Below, in pieces: positions 1-7,119 of a stretch of DNA of 12,026 nucleotides. Both the position numbers and the translations under genes were made by a program. The notes beneath the pieces were generated by a model, which had not been told where the DNA came from, ran no database searches, and saw nothing but the letters and a program-made list of their open reading frames with translations. This DNA comes from an archaeon (lineage in GTDB: Archaea > AGJL01 > Methanococci > Methanococcales > Methanocaldococcaceae). Position 1 is the stretch's first letter, and every line of letters begins with the position of its first letter. The stretch is taken from assembly GCA_024278985.1 (NCBI GenBank), contig JAJRSC010000009.1, positions 1 through 12,026 of the forward strand, in the 5' to 3' direction.

Positions 1-1196
1 CCGTCATTAGTTACAGCATATATTCCATAATTTCCAGAAGCTCTATCGTTCCATTCATTTAATTTTATATATCCTGTTACAGGTTTAACTCCGAATTTTC
101 CTTCAGAGTATTTTATGGTGTTTTCTTTAATTAACTTAGCTAATAAATCTGCATCATATTTTCCTTCTTTTTCTAACATCTCTGCATAGGATAATGATAA
201 AACCCATGCTGCATCATAGGCAATTAATGGATAAACTTTAATTTCTCCTTTATATCCCATTTTTTTAAGTTCTTCAATTATTTTTTTAGATTCTGGAGTA
301 TTTGCATAAAATATAGTACTGTATAACCCTACTTTACTTACTTTATCTTTTGCTTCTAAAACTTTATCACTAAATGCAGTTCCATCTGAACCAAACCATT
401 TATAATTTAATAGTGGTGAATTTTTATCTATTTGAGATAATAAAGTTCCTACCTCATCAAATCCTATAACTAATATTGCAGTATCTTTTGGACTTTTATC
501 TTTTACAGAGTCAGATAATTTTTGAATATATGGGCTCCAATCACTTGGAGATGGTTGGGCTGGATATGGAATTTCTTTAATAATGTTTATTCCAAGATTT
601 TTGGCATTATTTATTGTAGCCATTGCCAAACCATTACCCCAAGCATCATCTCTATAAATTACTACCAAGTTTTTAACCCCAACATTTTTTAAAATACTTG
701 CTATTGCTTTACCTTGGAATTCATCATTAGGAACAAATCTAAATATATATTTTTTTTGTTCTGGGGAAGTAAAACCTAATATCTTAGGAGGAGCTGTTGA
801 TGATTGAGAAATTACAATTAATTTGTTTGAAATAACATAATCTTTTATATTTTTTAACTCTGAACTTGATGTTGGTCCAATAAACACTTTTATACCCATA
901 GTATTTAAAGCCTGGACTTTATCTAAACAAATTTTTGGATTACATTGAGTATCCTCAAAGTAGAATTTAATTTTATAATTTAATCCCTTTTCTTTAAAAT
1001 AATTATTTATATTCTCTTCAGCAATAGCTAAAATTCTTTTTGTTTGCTGTCCTTCAGATGCTAAATCTCCTGATAAGTCTAATAAGACACCTATTTTAAT
1101 TTCATTATTTGCTTTTTCAGTATTAGCTTGTTGAGTACATCCTGCAAAAAAACCAATCAATATAATGGACAGTAATAAAAATAGAATCCTCTGCAT
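1..1196 (-). CDS. ABC transporter substrate-binding lipoprotein, branched-chain amino acid (LivJ/LivK, periplasmic binding protein type 1) family; 3' end lies outside the window
   Basis: Not in the ORF track. Manual translation from ATG 1196 gives MQRILFLLLSIILIGFFAGCTQQANTEKANNEIKIGVLLDLSGDLASEG...EDTQCNP...FIGPTSS...SSTAP...IFRFVPNDEFQG...YRDDAWGNGL...AYDAAW...NDRASGNY, open to the window edge. It has a signal peptide with lipobox FAGC, the LivJ-type IKIGVLLDLSG motif, and RBS GGAGG (minus strand, 1203-1207). Confidence 0.9.
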   Translation of the reverse strand, partial: MQRILFLLLSIILIGFFAGCTQQANTEKANNEIKIGVLLDLSGDLASEGQQTKRILAIAEENINNYFKEKGLNYKIKFYFEDTQCNPKICLDKVQALNTMGIKVFIGPTSSSELKNIKDYVISNKLIVISQSSTAPPKILGFTSPEQKKYIFRFVPNDEFQGKAIASILKNVGVKNLVVIYRDDAWGNGLAMATINNAKNLGINIIKEIPYPAQPSPSDWSPYIQKLSDSVKDKSPKDTAILVIGFDEVGTLLSQIDKNSPLLNYKWFGSDGTAFSDKVLEAKDKVSKVGLYSTIFYANTPESKKIIEELKKMGYKGEIKVYPLIAYDAAWVLSLSYAEMLEKEGKYDADLLAKLIKENTIKYSEGKFGVKPVTGYIKLNEWNDRASGNYGIYAVTND

Positions 1197-1210
1197 ACTA
1201 TCCCTCCATA

Positions 1211-1226
1211 AGGATTCTTATTTCCT
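1211..1226. promoter_or_regulatory. Putative NrpR (nitrogen repressor) operator, 7/8 match, in the leader of the substrate-binding protein gene
   Basis: AGGATTCTTATTTCCT = A-GGAT-N6-TTCC-T (minus strand GGAA-ATAAGA-ATCC). The Methanococcus nitrogen operator consensus is GGAA-N6-TTCC. It lies between the putative TATA box and the RBS. Confidence 0.6.
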
Positions 1227-1269
1227 AATGTTCAAAATTAAGTATATCATTAATATATTGTAGAGTTTT

Positions 1270-1284
1270 ATTATAAATAGTTTT
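1270..1284 (-). promoter_or_regulatory. Putative BRE/TATA promoter of the substrate-binding protein gene
   Basis: The minus strand reads AAAACTA-TTTATAAT about 75 nt upstream of ATG 1196. The AT-rich context allows alternative placements. Confidence 0.4.
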
Positions 1285-1317
1285 AGTTAATTTATAATTT
1301 CAAAATAATGAATTATA

Positions 1318-1331
1318 GAAAAGTTTATATA
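1318..1331 (+). promoter_or_regulatory. BRE + TATA box of the tRNA-Gly operon
   Basis: GAAAAG-TTTATATA is a consensus methanococcal BRE/TATA. It predicts a start near G1356, about 9 nt before the first tRNA. Confidence 0.75.
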
Positions 1332-1364
1332 TCAAATATAATTATTAATATTATTGCCTTTGGT

Positions 1365-1440
1365 GCGGCCTTGGTGTAGCCTGGTAACACACGGGCCTGC
1401 CACGCCCGGACCCCGGGTTCAAATCCCGGAGGCCGCACCA
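1365..1440 (+). tRNA. tRNA-Gly (GCC), CCA encoded
   Basis: Acceptor stem GCGGCCT/AGGCCGC; anticodon arm CGGGC-CTGCCAC-GCCCG; T arm CCGGG-TTCAAAT-CCCGG; ends in ACCA; 76 nt, no intron. Confidence 0.97.
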
Positions 1441-1449
1441 TTTGGTAGT

Positions 1450-1522
1450 GCGCCGGTGGTGTAGCCTGGTATCACTCTGGCCTTCCAAGCCAGCGACCCG
1501 GGTTCAAATCCCGGCCGGCGCA
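1450..1522 (+). tRNA. tRNA-Gly (TCC); followed by TCA rather than CCA
   Basis: Acceptor stem GCGCCGG/CCGGCGC; anticodon arm CTGGC-CTTCCAA-GCCAG; T arm CCGGG-TTCAAAT-CCCGG; discriminator A1522. Confidence 0.97.
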
Positions 1523-1525
1523 TCA

Positions 1526-1540
1526 TTTTTTTATTTTTTT
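1526..1540 (+). terminator. Archaeal oligo-T terminator of the tRNA operon
   Basis: TTTTTTTATTTTTTT immediately after the second tRNA. Confidence 0.7.
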
Positions 1541-1586
1541 ATAATTATATATCGAATAATTTAAATAAATATCATTTTATATTTAT

Positions 1587-1601
1587 AAAAAGTTTTTAAT
1601 A
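1587..1601 (+). promoter_or_regulatory. Putative BRE/TATA promoter of livG
   Basis: AAAAAG-TTTTTAATA. The predicted start (about 1622-1626) coincides with the palindromic operator. Confidence 0.4.
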
Positions 1602-1622
1602 TTATTTTTTTTAATATAAAGT

Positions 1623-1638
1623 AGGAAAATAATTTCCT
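1623..1638. promoter_or_regulatory. Putative NrpR operator, perfect GGAA-N6-TTCC, upstream of livG
   Basis: AGGAAAATAATTTCCT: GGAA 1624-1627, AATAAT, TTCC 1634-1637. The palindrome extends to AGGAAA/TTTCCT and sits directly before RBS AGGTG (1640-1644). Confidence 0.75.
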
Positions 1639-1650
1639 TAGGTGTATAGT

Positions 1651-2421
1651 ATGGAAATTCTTAGAACTGAGAACATAGTTAAATTTTTTGGAGATTTTAA
1701 AGCATTAGATAATGTTTCTATTTCTGTAGATAAACAAACAGTTTGTTTAATTATAGGACCTAATGGTTCAGGAAAATCTACTCTTATCAATGTTATAACA
1801 GGATTTTTAAAGGCAGATGGAGGGAAGGTAATATTTGATAATAATGACATAACTAACAAAGAACCAGAGGAGATTTACAATTATGGAATAGTAAGAACAT
1901 TCCAAACTCCCCAACCACTAAAAGAGATGACAGTTTTAGAAAACCTATTAATAGGACAAATACATCCTGGAGAAGAACCAATAAATGCTCTTTTTTATAG
2001 TAAATGGCTACCTTTTGAGGAGGAAATTGTTGAAAAAGCTTTTAAAATTTTGGAGTTTTTAAAGTTGTCCCATCTTTATGATAGGAAGGCTGGAGAATTA
2101 AGTGGAGGACAGATGAAGTTGGTAGAAATAGGAAGGGCTTTAATGGCAAATCCTAAAATGATAGTCATGGATGAACCAATAGCAGGAGTAGCTCCAGGGT
2201 TGGCTCATGATATTTTTAATCATGTTTTAGAGTTAAAAGATAGAGGAATAACTTTTCTTATTGTTGAGCACAGGTTAGATATTGTTCTTCAATATATTGA
2301 CCATTTATATGTTATGTTTAATGGTAGAATTATAGCAGAAGGTAGGGGAAAAGATATAGAAAATGTTTTAAAAGACCCAAAGGTCGTAGAAATCTACATT
2401 GGTGGAAACATAGAAGAATAA
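1651..2421 (+). CDS. livG: Branched-chain amino acid ABC transporter ATP-binding protein LivG (MJ1267-like)
   Basis: Walker A GPNGSGKST, RTFQ Q-loop, signature LSGGQ, Walker B/D-loop IVMDEPIAGV, H-loop IVEHRL. ATG 1651 is preferred over GTG 1642, which lies inside the AGGTG RBS. Confidence 0.93.
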   Translation: MEILRTENIVKFFGDFKALDNVSISVDKQTVCLIIGPNGSGKSTLINVITGFLKADGGKVIFDNNDITNKEPEEIYNYGIVRTFQTPQPLKEMTVLENLLIGQIHPGEEPINALFYSKWLPFEEEIVEKAFKILEFLKLSHLYDRKAGELSGGQMKLVEIGRALMANPKMIVMDEPIAGVAPGLAHDIFNHVLELKDRGITFLIVEHRLDIVLQYIDHLYVMFNGRIIAEGRGKDIENVLKDPKVVEIYIGGNIEE

Positions 2422-2454
2422 TTATCTAACACCCCACCAGTGTAAATTATTCTT
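2414..2454. repeat. Inverted repeat / stem-loop between livG and topA
   Basis: AAGAATAATT (2414-2423) pairs with AATTATTCTT (2445-2454), and an inner ACAC (2429-2432) pairs with GTGT (2440-2443) around loop CCCACCA. Confidence 0.6.
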
Positions 2455-2481
2455 AGTAATTAATTTTTTAGGAGATGTATA

Positions 2482-4509
2482 ATGTCAATTTTAATTATAG
2501 CGGAAAAACCAAGTGTTGCAAAAAAGATAGCTAATTTTTTGGGAAAACCAACTAAAAAGAGTTTATATAATGTTCCTTACTATGAATTGAAAAGAGATGG
2601 AAAAAAAATTATTGTAGCTAGTGCTGTGGGGCATTTATTTACATTGATTGAGAAAAATAAAGAATTTGGAAAATATCCTGTATTTGATATAAAATGGGCT
2701 CCTGCAAGTTATGAAAAAGGAAATGAATATGTCTCTAACTACATAAAGGCCTTAAAAAAGTTATCTAAAAATATAGATGATATATATATTGCAACTGATT
2801 GGGATTTAGAAGGAGAATTAATTGGATATCATGCTCTAAAATATTGTTGTGGCAGAAATAAAGCTAAGAGAATGAGATTTTCAGCATTAACAAAAAAAGA
2901 AATTGAAAATGCATTTAAAAATCCTACTAATATTGATTATGGTTTAGTTGAAGCTGGAGAGAGTAGGCATATTTTAGATTGGTATTTTGGAATAAATTTA
3001 TCAAGGGCTTTAATGAACGCCCTAAGGGCTGTTAAACAATGGAAAGTTATGAGTGTTGGAAGAGTTCAAGGTCCTGCATTAGCATTTTTAGCTAAGAGAG
3101 AAAAAGAAATTAAAGAATTTAAGCCAAAACCTTACTGGATTATAGAGGCCTTAATTGATAATTTAAAAGCATTACATATAAAGGAAAAATTTTGGGATTA
3201 AAAAGAAGCTAAAACAATATATGAAAAAATCAAAAATGAAAAGTTTGGAGAAGTTATTGAAACCAAAGCTGTAAAGAAAAAAATTAAAATTTATCCTTTT
3301 GATTTAGGAACTTTACAAAGAGAGGCATACAATTATTTTAAAATCTCTCCAAAAAAGACTCAGGATATTGCTCAATCACTTTATGAAAAATCTCTCATTA
3401 CCTATCCAAGAACAAGCTCTCAAAAGTTACCTAATGATAAGAACTATTTAAAAGAAATGTTAAACTTACTTAAAAATACTCCATACAAAAAATATGTTGA
3501 AAATATTTCAAGTTTAAAACCAATGGAAGGAAATAAAGAAGATGCTCATCCTGCTATTCATATTGTTGGATACCCAAGAGAAGATTTAACAAAAGATGAA
3601 TGGAAAATATATGATTTAATTGCTAAAAGAACAATTGCCTGTTTTTATGACCCTATGATAAGAGAAAGCTTCTCTGCTAAAATAAAAATAAAAGATGAGA
3701 TTTTCAAACTTTCTGGTAGTAAGACAATTAATAAGGGTTGGTATTTAGTATATAACTTCCCAAAGTATGAAGAGATTAATATAAACCTAAAAAAAGGAGA
3801 GAAAGTAAAAATTAAAAAAATAATATTAAGTAAAAAAGAAACTCAACCACCAAAAAGATACACAATAGCAGGAATTATAAAAGAATTAGAAAAAAGAAAG
3901 TTAGGAACTAAGGCAACAAGAGCAGAAATTATTGATAAACTAATAAAAAGAGGATATGTAAAAGAAGAAAATGGTAGTTTAATAGTTACTGATTTAGGAC
4001 TAAATGTTATAGAGACATTAAAAAAATACTGTCCAGAAGTTATAGATGAAAAATTAACAGGTAAAATGGAGGAAAAATTGGAAAAGATTCAAAACAAAAA
4101 ACTAAAAAAAAGTGATGTATTGAAAGAGGCAGAGGAACATTTAAAAACTGTCTTAGAAGAATTTAAAAAGAATGAGATACAAATAGGAAAATATCTTTCA
4201 GAAAGATTATATAATAATAATAGTAATAAATATATATCATCCTCTAAAACATGCCCAAAATGTGGTTCTTTATTGGTAGTAAAAAATGGAAAGTTTGGAA
4301 AATTTTATGGATGCTCAAATTATCCAAATTGTAACTATACTGAAAGTATTCCTGTAGGAAAATGTCCTAAATGTTCCTCTCCATTATATATAAAAGAAGG
4401 AAAATATGGAAAGTTTATAGCATGTTCAAATTATCCAATATGTAAATATACTGAAAAACTAAGAAATGAGGGAAAAAATGAAAAAGACAAAGGCAATAGT
4501 TCTTGCTGA
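2482..4509 (+). pseudogene. topA: DNA topoisomerase type IA (archaeal TopA/Topo III) interrupted by a single in-frame TAA at 3199-3201 (pseudogene or sequence error)
   Basis: ORFs 2482-3201 and 3457-4509 share a frame. The intervening 3202-3456 is open (KEAKTIYEKIKNE...PFDLGTLQREAY...IAQSLYEKSLITYPRTSS). Motifs: TOPRIM IAEKPS, GHL, ATDWDLEGE; SVGRVQ; catalytic ITYPRT (Tyr codon 3403-3405); DAHPAI; LGTKATRA; two C4 zinc ribbons. RBS AGGAG upstream. The repaired frame is 675 codons. Confidence 0.9.
4252..4455 (+). repeat. Intragenic tandem duplication encoding two topoisomerase C4 zinc ribbons (111-bp period)
   Basis: CPKCGSLLVVKNGKFGKFYGCSNYPNCNYTE (from 4252) and CPKCSSPLYIKEGKYGKFIACSNYPICKYTE (from 4363). 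Confidence 0.85.
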
Positions 4510-4936
4510 TAATGCATTAACAACTCCAGGTAAATTGGTTAGATATATAAACTCCTTAAAATTACCTATTGAAGTTAAAGAAACATGTTTTGGCTGTTAT
4601 ATAGAGGGTGACCCTGAAATAATAGATGAACTATCTCAAAAAATTAGAAATTTTGAAAGAAATAGAATATTCTGCAGAGATAGAGGATATGAAATATGGG
4701 ATAAAAGAAGATGCAGAGCTTATAGAGGTGGTGGTCCTAGAGAAGGTTTTCATCAACTTGAAGCTGAACAGAGAGTTTTATCTTATATTGGATTAGCTTT
4801 GGATAAAATTGATAAAGAAGGTTTAAAAGATATAGATAAGGTTTTAGAAGAGGAGGGAAATATAATAACTGAAGAAAAACCTATTCCAGTTGAAAAATTT
4901 AGAGAAATTATAGAAAAGCTGGGAAAGAATGTTTAA
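4478..4936 (+). CDS. Methanogenesis marker protein 6 (DUF2102 family)
   Basis: VKETCFG, IFCRDRGY and RRCRAYRGGGPREGFHQLEAE motifs. ATG 4478 follows GAGGG; ATG 4466 is an alternative start. It overlaps the topA 3' end. Confidence 0.85.
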   Translation: MKKTKAIVLADNALTTPGKLVRYINSLKLPIEVKETCFGCYIEGDPEIIDELSQKIRNFERNRIFCRDRGYEIWDKRRCRAYRGGGPREGFHQLEAEQRVLSYIGLALDKIDKEGLKDIDKVLEEEGNIITEEKPIPVEKFREIIEKLGKNV

Positions 4937-5504
4937 TATGGACAAAAAAAGGACTTTAATGAATTTAGAACTGGCTATAAGAGAGGGATTAGTAGATAAT
5001 GAAATAATTCCAATATTAAAAAAAATAAATGATTTAGAGGATTATTATACAACCTCCAGTTGTATTGGTAGAATTGGAATATTGGAGATTCCCAAAGATA
5101 AAAATCCAAAATTATATTCAAGATGGTTAATTAAATGTCATCATTATCCTACTTTTGAAGAAATAAAAAGCTCTATAAAAGATTTTAGTGGATATCTTAT
5201 TTTTGTTATGAATTCTCCTATTTTACATGTTGCTTGTAAGGATATAGAAAGTGCTAAAAAACTCTTGGATTTGGCTATACATTCTGGATTAAAATCAAGT
5301 TCTATAAAATCAGTTAGTAAGAGGAGAGTTATAGTTGAGATATTAACAACATATAAAGTTGATTCTCCAATTGGTGAAAATAATTTATTGTATATTTCTG
5401 ATGATTATCTTAAATTTTTATTAGATTATAGTATAAAAAAATTAAAAAAATCAAGAGATTTATTATTTAATTGGGATAAAAAGCTTGATATGTTAGGAGG
5501 TTGA
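4929..5504 (+). CDS. taw3: tRNA(Phe) wyosine-derivative methyltransferase Taw3 (TYW3 family)
   Basis: VD..I.PIL..IN....YYTTSSCIGRI motif, W..KCH, PILHVAC, A..SG.K.S.I; 191 aa. Confidence 0.9.
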   Translation: MFNMDKKRTLMNLELAIREGLVDNEIIPILKKINDLEDYYTTSSCIGRIGILEIPKDKNPKLYSRWLIKCHHYPTFEEIKSSIKDFSGYLIFVMNSPILHVACKDIESAKKLLDLAIHSGLKSSSIKSVSKRRVIVEILTTYKVDSPIGENNLLYISDDYLKFLLDYSIKKLKKSRDLLFNWDKKLDMLGG

Positions 5505-5509
5505 AAGTA

Positions 5510-6352
5510 ATGGATATTTCTAATTTAATAGTTGAACTTTTTAAAAAGGCTGTTATTTATTTGCCAAATGATGTAAAAAATGCTCTTAATAGTGCATATA
5601 ATATAGAAAATCAAAAATTATCTAAAGAAACACTTTATGCAATTATCAAAAATAATGAAATTGCTGAAAAAAAGCAAGTTCCTTTATGTCAAGATACTGG
5701 AGTTCCAATAATATTTTTAAAAATTGGGAGAAATATTAATACTAATGAATTGTTGGATATTATTGAACAAATAAAAGAAGGAGTTAAGAAGGCAACTGAA
5801 GAAATTCCTTTAAGGCCTAATATAGTTAATCCATTAACAAGGGAAAATATTGGGAATGTGGGACTTGGTAGTCCTTTTATAAATTTTGAATTTGACAAAT
5901 CATTAGATAGAGAGATAGAGATAACTGTATTCCCAAAAGGTGCAGGTAGTGAAAATATATCTGCTTTAAAAATGCTTAAACCTTCTGAAGGAATAGAAGG
6001 GATTAAAAAATTTGTTCTTGAAACTGTTGCCAATGCCTTAGGTAAACCATGTCCTCCAATAGTTGTGGGAATAGGAATAGGAGGAACTTCAGATATAGCT
6101 TTAAAATTAGCTAAAAAAGCATTATTAAGGGAAATTGGAGAGAGAAATAAAGATTCTGAAATTGCAAAATTGGAAGAAGAGCTATTAAAAAAGATAAATG
6201 AGTTAGAAATTGGAACTATGGGACTGGGTGGAAAAATAACAGCCTTAGATGTATTTATTGAGATAGCTGGATGTCATACTGCTTCTTTACCTGTAGGAAT
6301 ATGTATTAATTGCTGGGCTCATAGAAAAGCTAAAATAAAAATAAAGGTTTAA
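5510..6352 (+). CDS. Fe-S hydro-lyase alpha subunit (class I fumarate hydratase / tartrate dehydratase alpha family)
   Basis: PLCQDTG, LRPN, PKGAGSEN, PCPP..VGIGIGG, IGTMGLGG, CHTASLPV and CWAHR motifs. ATG 5510 follows RBS GGAGGT (5496-5501) and is preferred over TTG 5501. Confidence 0.9.
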   Translation: MDISNLIVELFKKAVIYLPNDVKNALNSAYNIENQKLSKETLYAIIKNNEIAEKKQVPLCQDTGVPIIFLKIGRNINTNELLDIIEQIKEGVKKATEEIPLRPNIVNPLTRENIGNVGLGSPFINFEFDKSLDREIEITVFPKGAGSENISALKMLKPSEGIEGIKKFVLETVANALGKPCPPIVVGIGIGGTSDIALKLAKKALLREIGERNKDSEIAKLEEELLKKINELEIGTMGLGGKITALDVFIEIAGCHTASLPVGICINCWAHRKAKIKIKV

Positions 6353-6354
6353 CC

Positions 6355-7119
6355 ATGGAAGAAATAAATTCTCTTTCAGGTTTGCCTAAAAAGGTCTATG
6401 AATATCTTAAAAATCATGTAAAGATAAATGTATTTTTAAAGATGTCTAATATAATGGCTGTTGGTAGATTAGGATATAATGACCATGGAAGGACACATGC
6501 TAAGATTGTAACTAACAATGCTCTAAAAATGTTAAAAATATTATATAAAAAAGGAATTCTTCCAAATTTTATGGTAGATTGTAATGGTTCTTTTGAGGAT
6601 TCTATGGTTATAACAATCTTAGGAGCATATCTCCATGATATAGGAAATTCAATTCATAGGGATATACATCACCTACATTCTGCTTATTTAGCTAAGGACA
6701 TTGTTGAAGAAATCTTACTAAACTTTTATAATAGTAAAGAAAAGGCATATCAAATGCTTACAGAGGTTTTACATGCTATATATTCCCATAGTGAAGGAAT
6801 AATGTGCCTTACTATTGAGGCAGGAGTTGTTGCTGTTGCTGATGGGACTGATATGACTAAAGGAAGGTCAAGAGTACCAATAAAAAAAAGATGTTATGAT
6901 ATTCATTCAATATCTGCTGCAGCTATTGAGAAGGTTATAATAAAAGAAGGGTATAAAAAACCAATATTAATAGAAGTTATCTTATCAAATGAGGCAGGTA
7001 TTTTCCAAATTCAGGAAATATTAGGAGAAAAAATTAAATGGAGTGGATTAAAAAAATATATTGAAGTTTATGCAAAAGTAGAAAAAGAAAATGCTGTTTT
7101 TACAGAAATTAAGTTATAA
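6355..7119 (+). CDS. HD-domain metal-dependent phosphohydrolase
   Basis: GYNDHGRTH, YLHDIGN, HRDIHH, IYSH and VADGTD form a full HD metal-binding set. Substrate unknown. Confidence 0.85.
   Translation: MEEINSLSGLPKKVYEYLKNHVKINVFLKMSNIMAVGRLGYNDHGRTHAKIVTNNALKMLKILYKKGILPNFMVDCNGSFEDSMVITILGAYLHDIGNSIHRDIHHLHSAYLAKDIVEEILLNFYNSKEKAYQMLTEVLHAIYSHSEGIMCLTIEAGVVAVADGTDMTKGRSRVPIKKRCYDIHSISAAAIEKVIIKEGYKKPILIEVILSNEAGIFQIQEILGEKIKWSGLKKYIEVYAKVEKENAVFTEIKL

Noticed and set aside
1365-1540. tRNA genes as the integration site of a mobile element
   Set aside because: No integrase, no duplicated tRNA 3' fragment noticed elsewhere in the window, and the flanking genes are ordinary chromosomal genes.
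1638-1859. 73-aa minus-strand ORF
   Set aside because: Antisense shadow of livG with no recognisable motif.
3199-3201. Selenocysteine/pyrrolysine recoding or a reassigned genetic code in topA
   Set aside because: The codon is TAA, not TGA or TAG, the position is not a Cys-type site, and TAA terminates other genes here (livG, fumarase alpha, HD hydrolase).
3202-3456. Intein, intron or insertion between the two topA ORFs, or a natural two-subunit enzyme
   Set aside because: The segment is ordinary in-frame topoisomerase sequence carrying the catalytic Tyr. It has no intein motifs and no canonical restart codon.
4208-4455. AAT microrepeat (YNNNSNKY) and 111-bp tandem repeat in topA as novel repeats or CRISPR
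   Set aside because: These are a low-complexity linker and standard topoisomerase zinc-ribbon repeats, with no repeat-spacer structure.
5689-6033. 114-aa minus-strand ORF
   Set aside because: Antisense to the well-supported fumarate hydratase alpha gene.
5510-6352. Fumarase alpha subunit without an adjacent beta subunit
   Set aside because: Unlinked alpha and beta subunit genes are known in Methanococcales, so this is not unusual.
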